A stretch of DNA of 63,198 nucleotides, filler included, from Circinaria calcarea (Eukaryota): assembly GCA_051942165.1 (NCBI GenBank). It is 8 parts of 8 records of this genome, joined end to end, with 100 filler letters (N's around TTAATTAATTAA, not from the genome) between each part and the next. Parts side by side here need not be neighbours in the genome. Positions count along the whole stretch, not along the records: positions 7,929 to 15,754 come from JAVECS010001241.1; positions 15,855 to 23,679 come from JAVECS010001242.1; positions 23,780 to 31,603 come from JAVECS010001243.1; 5 more parts are not named here. One strand, written 5' to 3'. Under the pieces are notes generated by a model. That model saw only the letters and a list, made by a program, of their open reading frames with translations, was not told where the DNA came from and did no database searches. Below are positions 13,777 through 26,419 of the stretch, piece after piece. Every line of letters begins with the position of its first letter. Within the stretch, counting starts at the first letter, position 1. The translations under genes were made by a program, and so were the position numbers.

Positions 13777-14305
13777 CTAAGCAGCAATCGTAACCTCCAC
13801 CTCCACACCGGCCTCGATGTTGATGATAATCTGCTTCACCACCTCCGTCGGCGCATTCAAACTGTAACCCATGCCTGTTAACCCATTTCTCTAGTTGTCC
13901 CCTCACAAACTCCCCGTCCAGCCCCCAGCAAAACCATCACAAGAATAGTAAAAACTTACTCAATCAACCTCTTATGAATCCTCATCTCATACGTATCCCA
14001 CGTCTTACTCCCCTCCCCACACGGCGTCTTCCTCGTCGTCACCTTCAAGATCCTAGTCGGTAACCTGACGGGGCCCTTGACGCGGAGATCCTTGGATTTG
14101 GCGCGCTCGATGAGCTCCTGGCAGACTTTTTCGAGAGATTGCACTTTTCGGGAGGTGAGGGTGATGCGGATTTTGTGAATTTTCTGTGATTGAAAGGTGG
14201 TTGAGGGTTAGTAAGGGTTCATGAAGGAGGAGCAAGGGAGGGGTAAAGATGGGGAGACGGAACTGGGCCTTCGCCGAAATCTTTCTCGGGCTTTTGGTAG
14301 GACAT
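13777..14305 (-). CDS. RPS20: 40S ribosomal protein S20 (uS10)
   Basis: [35 protein letters not shown]...KGPVRLPT...[13 protein letters not shown]...[33 protein letters not shown]; two introns. Confidence 0.97.
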
Positions 14306-14699
14306 TTTGGCGGGTGAAGTCAAGGTGGTGTGGATGAGGTGGAAGGAATAGTGAATTGGAAATGCCAATCAAGACCTGAACAGCTGGGTTCGGTAAGGTG
14401 ATGAAAGGCTGAATGTTGATATACTGGAGGGTCGAATTGATGGAGGTTGAAATTGGATTGTGGGATTGGAAGTCTTGGCATATGCGGTTACCTCGCTAAG
14501 CCCTATCAATGTCAGCTCAGTTGTTTCCTTCACTGTCTCGTGAGTCTATGAGCGCTCCCACTCTATCTTTGAAGTGGCTTTCCGGGGTTTGAAAGCAGAG
14601 ATAGGATAGTCAATTTTCTCTACTCGCTGGAAGATTGTAAGATTTTCACTGCTTGCAGATCACAGTTACATAATCTAGAAGTCGTCCGTCTCCTCAAAA

Positions 14700-15754
14700 A
14701 TGAATTTACCTCCCTTTGCACCCTTTCCCCCAGCAAGCCTCCGCAGGGAGATAGTTTCCGAAGAATGGGAGGCTTGTATGGATGCTTGGATTCTGCTTGC
14801 TCAAGGCAGTCTACTGCTACCACCAAAAGCCTTCTCCTTGAAACATGCAAAGGATCCCTCTTTATCGGATTTCTTAGTTTCTTACGTGAGGGAAAGTTCC
14901 ATTGGAGATACTTTTGATAGTACTACGACAAGAGCTAGGAATCTGAGAAGAGAGTGCTTTCTTCTAATACACCGCTCCCTTACCAAGGTCAATCCTGCTC
15001 CATGCCCTCTTCTAGACTGGGAATTCTTAGGGGATTTCAGCAATGTCTATTCCAAAAGTAAGAATCTAAGGTCCCTGCTTCGTACTGTGTGGAACCAGGC
15101 CAATCTCCGAGAAAGGCCGCAAATGCTGGGAAGCAAGAAAAAGTTAATGAACATGCTAGAGGATGACTCGATGGACTCCTCAGACCTTGATCAATGCCTG
15201 CATAGAGTTGGATCTTTGCTCAAGGCCTCTCATGATTATGGACAATTTCTGATGATTGGATCGGATCTACTTGATTCGCTCATGTTGGCATGGAGCCACA
15301 GTTGCACAGACCTGCAGAAGAAGATTGTTACTGTAACTTACTTTGCTTTATCAAGTCTTCTGGAAGGGGATAGTCCAAATATCTCGTTATTGTTAGATCA
15401 TTTGTATGGGCTCAAGGCAGCTGCCGAGAAGCAGGAGTCTACTAAGCCCTACCATTCATTATTTTCTCGACTGGCTTCTATGACTCCTTTGGCTCGCAAA
15501 CTCGAGGAAGGTATAAGGGGACCGGATGCTGCCAGGGCAAAGACAATTATCTCTTACCTAACTGAAGTCAGGAATACAAACGGCACTAAACCCAAGAAAC
15601 ACGTGAGACGGAAGATCGACAAGGGCAAGGGCAGGAGCAACGATGAGTACGGTCACGGTGCAATGGCAAACGTGCATGTTCACAAGCTAAGCTTGGTGAC
15701 CCAAATACAAGATCTATTTCCCGACCTTGGGTCGGGCTTCATTGTGAAGCTACT
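14700..15754 (+). CDS. CUE3: CUE-domain protein, Cue3/ASCC2-like (3' truncated by contig end)
   Basis: MNLPPFAPFPP..EEWEACMDAW N-terminus and CUE start HKLSLVTQIQDLFPDLGSGFIVKL, typical of Pezizomycotina ASCC2/Cue3 homologues. Confidence 0.75.
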
Positions 15755-15854
15755 NNNNNNNNNNNNNNNNNNNNNNNNNNNNNNNNNNNNNNNNNNNNTT
15801 AATTAATTAANNNNNNNNNNNNNNNNNNNNNNNNNNNNNNNNNNNNNNNNNNNN

Positions 15855-17601
15855 CCAAAGACACCGGTCCAGCTTTGCCCGGGCTTATACCATGACTTAA
15901 TCGGTTTTCCCGTCAGTGGGCTAAGCGGAGGGTTGGTGATGTCAAAGTTAAAAGAGTCGGGCCCGTACTGTGTTAGAAGCTTCCCGGTTCCGTGGCCGAG
16001 GAGCTCATGCAAAACGACCCAGATGTAGTAGGCTTCGTATTCTGACGCCATGTATACCTCTACATCTGACGGATCGATAAAGGCTGGGGCCGCTCGGGTG
16101 GAGTCGTATTCGGCGGCGATCTGATTGGAGATCATGACATTTTTAAACCCTACATCCTGACGGATGTCGTTGAACTGTGATTGGACTTAGAAAAGGTGTG
16201 GGAAGGGGGTTCAAGGGAAGAGCATAGCTGGTACATTTGGAAGATTGATACCAGGAAAGATGATGCTTGAGCAATAGGCGAGTGCTATATTGGGATAACT
16301 TCATGAGTTTCAGATGGTCTCTATCGAGGCCCATTGCTTACCTTGTAGACTAGTAAAGTCTGGAGGCTCAAAAAGTTCTTTCTCGAATGGGCCTTTGTCA
16401 TCACTCTTCCGAGCGGAACTGACCCATGGTAACAACCGTATGTACTTTGCAGACTCGTCTACCAGTCTGGTTAACATCTTTGTCTCTTCCTCATCCACAA
16501 ACGCTACTAATCCTTCGAACTCGGCCCGGATCCCACAAGGATCGCGATATGGCTCGACAAAACCAAACTGGGTTTCCACCGAGGGTTTGATATCTTTGAC
16601 CCACAATTTCTGCGATTCTCGGAAGATCTCCATGTCCCCGGAGCGGAAGCTGAGGAGGTACTGCTCGATGATATCTCTCTGTAATCCGTTCGCGGCGTAT
16701 TGCTTTGCCTTCTCAAGGCTACTGCACACTCGACTTAGTTCTTTAGAGTGATCTCCTCGGAGGAGATAGAGGCTTATCGAGGAATCCTGAGAAGAGATCT
16801 TTTGCGAATATCTATCATCTTTCTCTACTGAAGCTTGAAGCACATTGTAGATAGTCTTACCGTTGGCATTGACTTTGGTAATCCTGGTGTTTTCTGGGTA
16901 AATTGATGCTACTTCCAGCTCTTTCGATACCTGGTCAATCTCTTGACGAGTCAGACAAAGGTCTCCTGGATAGTACGAGCTTTGCGCCACCTTGCTCGGG
17001 AATCCGAGGCTGCTGGGGCGCCTTGCGTACATTGGCTCAGAAACAGCATTATACAGCTCTGTGGCTTTCGTGGAGCGCGTACACATTCTCCGTAGGTCTT
17101 CTTTGGGGAGACGAGGGATGAACTTTTGATCTCCTCGTCCCTAGAGGAGCTGAATACCAGGGGCCTTTATGCCGAGCTTTGTCAACTTACGTAGTAATTT
17201 CCAATGTTGCCCAGAAAGACCGCTGCATATTCGAGAAACTCCTCTATACTACTCTTTGGGATAGAGACCTGGTCGACGAAGTCTTCCCACTGCCCGTTAC
17301 AAGTTCGGTATAGCTCGAGAAGGAGGTCAAAGATATGTGTAGACTCCGGCGATACCTGCCGTAGGATTACACGTGCTCCATGCCATGCTGCTCTGGACAA
17401 CTCAATACTTTAGCAGGCTTCAAGTCATGAGAATCCTAATCCACCATTGTGATTATCTATGAATAAAGTTCTCTCCTACCTGGCTGTATGATGAGCATAG
17501 AGCTTCTGCGTCGAGCTCAGTGGATCAAAGGCTTTGCGGACAGAAAGCCTTCCAACAGGCGGGTGTCTAGGAGTCAGGATTTCATCGTCGTTAGCCGTCA
17601 T
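15855..17601 (-). CDS. DPP3: Dipeptidyl peptidase III (M49 metallopeptidase), 3' truncated
   Basis: KLYAHH, AAWHGARVILRQVSPES, GNIGNYY|GRGDQKFIP, GFVEPYRDP.G.RAEFEG, GINLPN|FNDIRQ and zinc motif HELLGHG; exons splice in frame over four introns. Confidence 0.92.
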
Positions 17602-18022
17602 CACGTAGATTTATTAGAGGATCGATATCGATATCGCCATAAGAGCATATGTATATAATCCTGACTTGCGAACCATGTGTCTACTAGGCCAATCATGCAA
17701 CGACTCTAGATGTAAGGTTTTCGATGATATGTTACCAAAAAGGCAATCTGGTAACTCCCAGGACTATAGGATTTCAAACTTCAATGATGCCACATATCAA
17801 ATTAGATGAGCCACAAACAAGGGTCTTGAAAAAAGGACTTCCTACTATCTACTATTCAATTTATAGTCTATTTACTATTTCGCCCGCGCTCTATTCCCTT
17901 ACATAGACAGTCAATTAGGCAAACGAATCAGCCGGTGAAAAATGGCTCGACCGGAAATAGAGAGCAAGCGAGCTTCCAATAGGACCCACCGGAGCAAATA
18001 AAAGTAAACCGGTTATGATTCG

Positions 18023-21000
18023 TCACCAAAACATCCAAACCACCAACCCTTCATAAGCGTCAATCGTATCCTCCCCCAGCGCTTCCCCCAAGATCTCCTG
18101 CTTGAGACTTCGGGCAATTTCTTGGTGTATCTGCATCTGTGACTCGTTACTATCCTCGGCATATAATAAGCTAATCTTGTGGTGAGCTCGAGCTAGATAC
18201 CCCTTGCCCTCTGGTAGAGTCTCGGAAATCGAGATGCATTCTTGCATTAGACTTATCTCAGAGGCAATATTCCCGCCTTGCCGCAGCATCTCGGTAACTA
18301 AATAGAGAGAGTCGCAAGTCTTCAGACGGTTGCCTAGCATGCTTTGACGGAAGGTTAGGGCTTTGGAACTGAGGCGGATGGCGTCGTTCACGCGGCCTTG
18401 ACATTGTCGGATCCGGCTAAGGAGAATCATGTCGCTCATGCGAATGGCAGTGATTGCCGAGCAGATCCAAAGTACAACAGATCCATTGAATTCGCTGAGC
18501 TTACCCAGAAAACCGTGGGTTACTAGAACGGAGAAAAGTCTCGTCGTTGAAATTCTTGAGTGAGGGACACCGAGCGAGTATTTCTTCGGCATCATCTGCT
18601 TTGCCCATTCGGAGAAGAGTGCTGGCCATGTTGCTGTATGATTTCCCAATGCGATCGCTGCTCGTTCGAAGGCGGATGTCGATAGCTTTTTGATGGTAGG
18701 TATATGCTTGGGTCAGCTTGTTGAGCTCTGTATATGCGAGACCGAGATTGTTTAAGCTGGAGGCAATAAATGCATCGTCCGGCCCCAAGATAGATTCTCG
18801 AATCCGGAGGGCAGATTCGAATTGAGTCAGCGCTTCATTCCGGTGGGCAGTGTCGAGGTGGAGCAGTCCCAAAAGATCAACAGTACTTGCATACGCTAGA
18901 GTGCTCTTCTCACTAAATTTTTGAAGCGCAATCTGAATCATACCCAAAGCCCGATCTTACTGTTCTCGCTCGTAGAGATACCTGTGTTTGTTACCAATTT
19001 CAGTGAATCTTCACCACTGGCGGGCGCTGATAATTACCAGTAACAACTTAGTATAAGCTCCGCAAATAGTTCAGGGTTGCCAGGGTGGAGATTGTACTTT
19101 TTAGCCTGCGTTACAAGGAAACTAACGTGTGGTAAACACATCCCGCATGCCTTCCAAGCGCTAAACTGGTGGCCCACATCGCTTTGCCATGTATTAGGAA
19201 AGCCTTTGAGCAAGAGAGCGGTAGCATAATCTGTCAACTTGGTTTTTTCGTCCATGGAAAGTTGGTCCATAATTGTAAACTGCACTAGTCGGTGTACGGA
19301 AAGCGTTGCATCGTCATTGGATTGCTCAATCAAAGCTGTTCTTAGTAGTACTTCTTTAGCGTCCAGGAAACTGAGAATTGAATTAGCAGGACTTAAATAT
19401 ACCTAATTGGCCTTACTTACTCCATTTCGTCCTTTAGAAAAGCAAAATCACTACTTTGATCCTTTTCTGCACTCTCCGTAAGTATATTCTCGTCGACTTT
19501 GTCGGGATCGAAGAACGCCATTAGCTTCTGAAGTATTGCAGCATCGCCAGACAATTTGCTAAGAGCCAATTCCCAGACGGCACTTAGGGAGTACTCGTAA
19601 TCGGTTAACCGACTCTTCCTAGAATGTATTTTTGCAGCATTCCTTTCATATAGCGGAAGAAAGTCTTTCAAGGATAGCCTCTGCTGTACAATAAAGCCGC
19701 TTACCTGATTGAGAGCCAGGGGCAGGCCTCTCAATGCATTTGTTATATCCCTAGCCATAGATTGATTGTTTGGTGATGCAGAATCCTGGCCGACAAGAGA
19801 AAGAAGCGTAGACGCACCCAATTCACTATCGAACGGTTTGATATGAAAGCCCTTGGCAGCTGGGCTAAAAGACGCACTGAAATCTCGTGACGTGATCAGA
19901 ATCGATCCATGGCCACTTCCTGGCCATTTTTCAGGATGCTTAGGTCATCAGCATTATCGAATACTAGTAGCCAGCGACATGCTAAAATCAACCAGCTTCG
20001 TGATTCTCATGGTATAGGCAGATTCGCATACAAGTTGATGTCAGCCAGGTTTTCACTTTGGACATTGCCGCCGCAGCGTCTCTTGGTTGCTCGGTATAAG
20101 GCCCAGACGATGAGAGACCTCAAGAGAGCTTTGAGCCATCTTAACAGAGTTGTCTGCCGACACCCACGAAATTGCATGAAACACATCAGGGCAGGAATTG
20201 GCACATGGAAGGGCGATCTGGGTCTTTCCAACTCCTCCCATGCCGTACAAGGCTACAGACTGAATACCTAAACGGTCTTGGTGAGGATTCAGGGCAGCTG
20301 TAACTTGCTGCAAAACCTCTTCCCGCCCAAAGGAACGATCTATGATGCCAAATGGCACATAATAGCATGGCAAGACGTCCTGGCTAAGTTTGTTTGCTTT
20401 TAATGATTGTATGACAGCAAAAATCTCCCTGTTTCTATCAACAACGAGGCGCATGCGAGCTGCTTCCGCTTCGCTATCTACCAACTGAGAGAGGCTGCGC
20501 AAGCGATTCATTCTCATTTTAAAGTCGCCATCAATGTCAGCCAAGACTTGCGACGAAGAACAGCTATCACCATTAGCCTACTGAGCACGAAACGCAGAAG
20601 ACATTCCTTAAAGTGAGGGTTACTCCGGAAGAAATTGATAGCCCTTGCCCAAAAACAGATCATCTCGAAGTAAGCGGCTAGTAGAGAGGATTCCAAGGAT
20701 TCGTTCATTGGCAGGGTATCTCCATAAGCCTTGAATTTCGGCAGCGACATGCTTAACTCCTCAAGTATGTTTAGCACGTCCCGCAACATATCGCCTCCGG
20801 CAGGTAAGATAAGCTAGGAGCTGAATAGCTTGATCAAGTTTGGATCAATACAGTAAAGATAACACGTAAACTTTCCCAAGCAAGTGCTGCACTTTTCGCA
20901 TTAGCTCCGAGGAAAAGGGCCATGACTGCAGAAAATCACTCAGATGGACCAAAATCGGCTCGAGCCGAGTGAGGGAGGTCAATGGATTCTTGCTGCGAGC

Positions 21001-21227
21001 TCCAGGTGGCTCCAAAGACCTTGCCTGGCTTAAAGGCTCTTCCATACTATTGACGTCAAGTATATTGTTGTAATCGTCGCCATCCCTGAGCTCCTCGCGA
21101 TATTTCTCCAAGGTCTTCTCCCATAATGTTGTGTGTGGGGAGTGTGGACTATAAGATGAGATTTAGCATGAATTACGTGTAGAGCCGATGCAGTGGCTAC
21201 TCACGTGCTATCTTGGACCACGGCCAT
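18023..21227 (-). pseudogene. Fungal NLR-like STAND gene (helical N-terminal domain, NB-ARC, TPR), disrupted
   Basis: P-loop GMGGVGKTQIAL, Walker B WLLVFDNADD, GSILITSRD, GLPLAL, SVHRLVQ, TPRs (ASSLNNLGLAY, SYSNMA). Frameshifts at about 20933 and 20080; in-frame TAA at 18957-18959 (EREQ*DRA). Confidence 0.85.
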
Positions 21228-21675
21228 CGTAGCTGCTACCTTGATATCAAATTATCAATAATCAGACGCATCAACAGTGTACGCAAATGGCATCTCTGCG
21301 AAGCTAGATGAGTGCTGTTTGGCTATTCATTATCCTTTCTAACCTCCAGGAGCTTTCAAGCGGGCACATAATCCCTCGGGGAAGAGGGGTGCCCATCCAG
21401 TCCACATATCCAGTGAGGCTTGTCGTGACCGTGGTCGTGGCGATACGTATCCAATAACGGAGGAGTTGGACAGCCCAAAGGCGCTTATGAAGTGCTTCTG
21501 AGTGGTCTCGCTTCGGCCCGTTACCATACCAGAGTAGCTTAAGGAACGCTAAATTCGGAGGATAGCAGCCTGTGCACAAACATGAAGCCGCCACGGGGAT
21601 TATTCCATCCCCAAAGTAGCTTGTGCCTATTCCTAGGTGCTCTGCCTGTGTAAGACCAGCATCAGAGCATTTATT

Positions 21676-23197
21676 ATGGCTTCGTCGCGTGCCTCGAGCA
21701 ATCATACCTCTGACAGTCTTGCTCATGATCATTTCCCCATTCACCGTATCCTGAAGCATGGTGAGGCCACCCTCGAATTTGCGTACATCCTCACAGCGTG
21801 AGAGCAGTTTTGCACACTCTTTGAAAGCATGGGCATTTCAATAGAGTAAGATACTTACTCCCATGTACCAACGCCTACATTTAAGCTGACAATGTGACAG
21901 AGGTGCCTTGTCGAGCAATGGAAACCGGTATCTCGGCCCTGTCGATATTCCCCTCTTATACAGACTCGAGTCAAGACCGACAAGAGCTACAATGGTATCG
22001 ATGGTGGCTAGATCAGCAGCTTGCAACCCTTCCATCGACCTTCTACAGCTGCCTACCAAAGACGGCCAGAACACCGCAGCCTGAGTTCACAGCGCGGTTT
22101 GTGAAGGTGTTTGTTGAAGCTGCGAAATCCTTCCAAACCCAATCGGAACCTAGCATAGACCACACCGTTGACCACCTCGTCGCAGAGAAGCTTTTACAAC
22201 CAATCTCCGGCGGAAATGACATGCATCTGAACCGGAGCTTGGTCTTTGCAATACTAGGCTGGCAAACTATGCTCTACCGTCCGTCCTTTGGCACATCTCC
22301 ACCCCAGCAGCTTACGATCATTGACGACTTTGAAGGCTGTCAAAATCAATGCTTTCTAGCTTTCAAACAAGATCTGTCTAGCGCGAGAAGGCCACTGAAA
22401 GATTTCCTTCTTGGGTTCGGATTGCTTATTCCACCGAAAAATACTTGTATTAGTGAGGACCCCGAGGAGCGACAAGCCTTCGAGTCAATTGCGACGGTTG
22501 AGCCCGAAGGGCTCAATGCAGATGTGCTAGATTCGATCGCTCACATTAACATTTCATAGGTTGACACTTTGGCACTTCATCTGGAGTTTAACAAGGCCAC
22601 AAATACCCTCTTTTTATTTCGCTATCCTTCATTCTGCACCGCAAACCTAATGAAAGACTCAATTAACGAATCTTTTAATAGCGTTATTCACAGGTAAGGC
22701 ATGAAAACCCAGGTATACCTAAATGCACAGATGTATAATACATGAACAGTTGCGCCTCCCACAGCGAGGTAACCGATTTTCTCCGAGAAGTCCTCCTCTC
22801 GTACCGCCTTCTCTTTGGCCAAAGTAAAGCCGGCCGACAGTTTTACCGACGTTCATGCAGCTCTACTCCCATCGACAACAATATCCCCTTTGAAGGACAA
22901 GATCCGCTACTCCCTACGCTTTGCGGCCGCAAATCCACTAGTTTCTCTCTCTCCGCGAAAGAACGAACGGTCTATCGGCTCGCCCGAGACTTTCCCATGC
23001 TGCGATGCCGTCTTGCTTCTCTCAGCAGGCAGGTAGCCAGCACGAAGCCGCGGGGCTGGAAGGAACTGTGGCGGGATAAGCGGGACTCGGCGCAATGGGT
23101 GACCTTTTGGGCCGTCATTATCATCGGCGGCTTTGGCTTGTTTCTCTCGCTCTTGCAGGTCATTTTGGCCTTTGTCCAGGTGGCTCAAAGTCGGTAG
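21676..23197 (+). pseudogene. Conserved uncharacterised fungal protein with C-terminal TM helix, disrupted
   Basis: Family motifs FAILGWQTMLY, RRPLKDFLLGFG, I.*VDTLALHLEF..LFLFRYPSFC, FLREVLLSYRLLFGQ, KPRGWKELWRDKRDSAQW.TFWAV+TM. TAG at 22557-22559 where W is expected; TGA at 21799-21801 in the putative first exon; intron about 22694-22749. 5' model uncertain. Confidence 0.7.
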
Positions 23198-23779
23198 GAG
23201 GGGCAAACCCGACACGGGGCGTTCAGAGGTGGGGATATGTGTAGAAAACCGACGACGAGGGATGGGGGAACGTAACAGAATTTATATAAACATCGAATCC
23301 TATAGACTTTGTAAAAAGAACAGTATCTATTTGTATAATAGGCTTTGCTGGCAAAAAAATGAAGAAGTTTTTTATCATATCATGTGATATCCCCCCTTTT
23401 TTGACTAAACTCAACTAAACCAAACCCAAAACCAAGCTTAAACCAACAAGTCAATCTCCTCTCGCCTCATTTCATCTCACCTCAGCTCGCCATATCAAAT
23501 TAAATGAAATGCGAATCAGAATCCAAATCCAGACTTCAAAGGACCAATAGTTATGGTCATGGTCATGATCACGTTTATATTCACGAAGAGAAAGTGGAGG
23601 AGGGGAAGGGTCAGGGGGAAAGGATCTATAAATCTGAGCACTAGCCTTGACCTCCGTGTTCGGGGAGAGGAGGTGGGGGNNNNNNNNNNNNNNNNNNNNN
23701 NNNNNNNNNNNNNNNNNNNNNNNTTAATTAATTAANNNNNNNNNNNNNNNNNNNNNNNNNNNNNNNNNNNNNNNNNNNN

Positions 23780-24870
23780 GGTGGTCCATCAGCGAATGCA
23801 GGAAAGCGAGAGACGTCGTCGACAGGCGATTGAAGTCATGGAAAAGGCCGCGAAGCGAAAAGACGCCACCAAGCCAAAGGCAATGACTCAAGCGGACCGG
23901 ATGGCCGAGGCTGCTCGAACAGAGAAGAAGAACGCGAGGAGCTTGAATCGCTGGGAGGAGACTGAAAGGAAGCGGGCAGAAGACCAAAAGGCTCGTCTGG
24001 CCGCTCTACACAATCGCCAACTGCAAGGACCTTTTATTAGGTGGTGGAGTGGTCCTTCAAAGTGGGTCAATGGCAACCTTGTTCACATTGGGGTTGAGAA
24101 GAGTGAAGACGGCCATCATATCACAGTCGTAGATCCTAGGAAGGGAACCGATAAAGGTCAAGAGGTTGTGCTGGATACGCTTCCTTCAACGAATGATCGT
24201 ATTCAAGCAGCAGACTCAGACACGCGCATGCCAGACGCTCCGCCACTCCAGATTCCAACGTCTGAGTCGGCGCGTGCTACTCCGACTGGATCCAGCAGCC
24301 TTCCCTCACTTGTGTATTCGGCTCCTCTGATAAGGGGTCCAGATTTTCTCGATGGTGTTTACAACCACTCTACGCTACCTGAGTACCGAGCACAAAGTAC
24401 ATCAGCTACTGAGGCCTACACATCACAATTTCCTGGCAACGCCCTGCCTCCGCCACCTGTTACCGAGTATCTGAGTCGAAATTTGGTGATCCTGGAGAAT
24501 ATTGACCCTAACGCAGTGCGGATTCCCGAGCTTCAAAATCATGTGCTATTGGCAAAGGGGAAGAAAGTCACAGGGAAGCTACCAAGCAAGACGCCGAGTA
24601 AGGCATCCATACATCTTGCAAAATGCTTATTCGGGTCACACTGACACGTGTGTAGAACCCACTGTGGAACTATGTGCCATCACCGGACAGCCGGCACGGT
24701 TCCGGGACCCAAGGACGGGTCTAGCCTATGCGAATTCGTATGCTTACAAGGAAATCCAGAAGCTCCGCAACGGAGGATCTCGATGGAGTAATTTGCTCGG
24801 GTGCTATGTCGGGTCCGCCTCAACGGCAGCTCGAGGCGTTCCCGAACGGTTTTTGAGGCAAGATGCATGA
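23780..24870 (+). CDS. VPS72: SWR1 complex subunit Vps72/YL1 (5' truncated)
   Basis: MTQADRMAEAARTEKKNARSLNRWEETE..LQGPFIRWWSG and YL1_C motif CAITGQPARFRDPRTGLAYANSYAYKEIQKL; intron about 24598-24655. Confidence 0.92.
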
Positions 24871-25737
24871 TATGATCAGTGAAGTAGCACGAGATGTGAG
24901 GTAGTTGTATTGAGATCGACCTCGATGGCTCGGGATACCACATAAATGAATGCCACATTCGGGCGGTCAAGCCAACCATCTTAGCTTCTAACAGTTCCTC
25001 TCAAGCACACTCGCCTTTCTATGGATGATACTGGACGTACGATAATTTGAACGCGATAGCAACCTCGTGCATCCGATTGCGGAAGGCTCTTCCACATTCC
25101 GATCATCTGAGCAGCGAATGGGCGAGAAAGACGGCAAGGCGACGGGGGGAGATGGAAAGGCGATCGGCTTCTCCACGTTTCGGCAAAGGAGGGAGAGGTT
25201 TCTGGTGCCTGGTGAACCTTGCAAACTGTGGAGTCGAGCTGGCGATCCAATGAGGCGTTGACCCGCAAGCCGTGGTAAGGCTTTTGGTCGACGGGAAGCG
25301 GACGATTTGGGGATGGTCGGTGATGGCGCTTAGATGTAGGAATCCATGGGGAATCGAAATGCGTGCTGCAGGTATTGTCGACACGTATGACAACGGTCAT
25401 CTGGCGCATGTTTCGCCATCGAGTGGTGATTGTTCATCATCCGAGGGGCAGTGTAGCTTGAGGACCCGGTAGGCAGTCGTGAGGAATGGGGCCTTGGAGG
25501 TTGGCATTGAGCGGTGACCAATACGGTACCCCGATGGTGCCATCGGTCCCAGTGTCGTATATAGCTTCTGTGCAATCCGACAAACAAAGGACCGTTCCGC
25601 AAGCAAGTCAAATCTAATTCGGATCATCAAGGACGGAATACATGTATGCCCCTCGATCGGCGTCGCATGTAGAAAGTCACTTTGGCCATCACAAAGACAG
25701 ATTGCCAGGCACAAGGACAAGGGACACGGGCCCCCCG

Positions 25738-25798
25738 GGATAACCGTTGACCTTCTCTTCGGTTATCGGTTAGCCTTATCGCGACCTCATAGATAAGG
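25738..25798. promoter_or_regulatory. Cluster of four GATAA sites in two inverted pairs
   Basis: GATAA 25739, TTATC 25763, TTATC 25776, GATAA 25792; about 620 bp upstream of the Ecl1-like ATG. Confidence 0.45.
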
Positions 25799-26419
25799 TA
25801 AGCGCCGTTGCATCATTTCCATTCGATTTCTTTGTTGACTCGGAGGGGACGAAGAAGACGACGGCGACGACGACGACGGATTACGGAGTACGGAGTTCCC
25901 CACTCAAAGAAACCAGGACAAGAAAACGGATCGGGGGGGCCGGTGACACCGAGTCGGGGTCAGGAAACCGACCCAGATATCTCCGCCTTCGGAGCATTGC
26001 ATGATTGTTGGTGCATCTATCCTCCAAAGCAATCTCTACGGTACGAAAGAGCTTCCCCCTCCTTGTGCAACAATGGTTCATCCCGTTCTTTGATATTCTC
26101 ATCTTGCATTTGCACCCCTTACCAATCTCTCGTCCTAACCCTGCACTCGCCATAGACGCGGCTTTCCCATAAGCCACCCACCTAGCAGGAACCGCCTTTC
26201 CGCCGGCCAGACGCATAAATACCCGCACAACAGTAACTTGATCGTTTACTGGCGCCCATTCCGTTTACTTGCAGTAGCCGTCGGGGATTCCGATGAGAAG
26301 TGACACGGGCACGTTGACTTCCGGTACACTTGGATCTGCCGTGATCCTCGCAGGAGAGCCCGCCTGGAGTACTACTAGAATCTCGTATAAAGCCAGGGCA
26401 CGGTCTCACACCGCTCCCC

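Noticed and set aside
22557..22559. TAG at a conserved Trp as an A-to-I editing-restored stop
   Set aside because: The same gene appears to carry other lesions (TGA 21799, exon phase mismatch) and TGG>TAG is also the RIP signature, so decay is more parsimonious.
24981..26228. Overlapping 60-140 aa ORFs on both strands between VPS72 and the Ecl1-like gene
   Set aside because: No motifs or splice-consistent model; likely intergenic.
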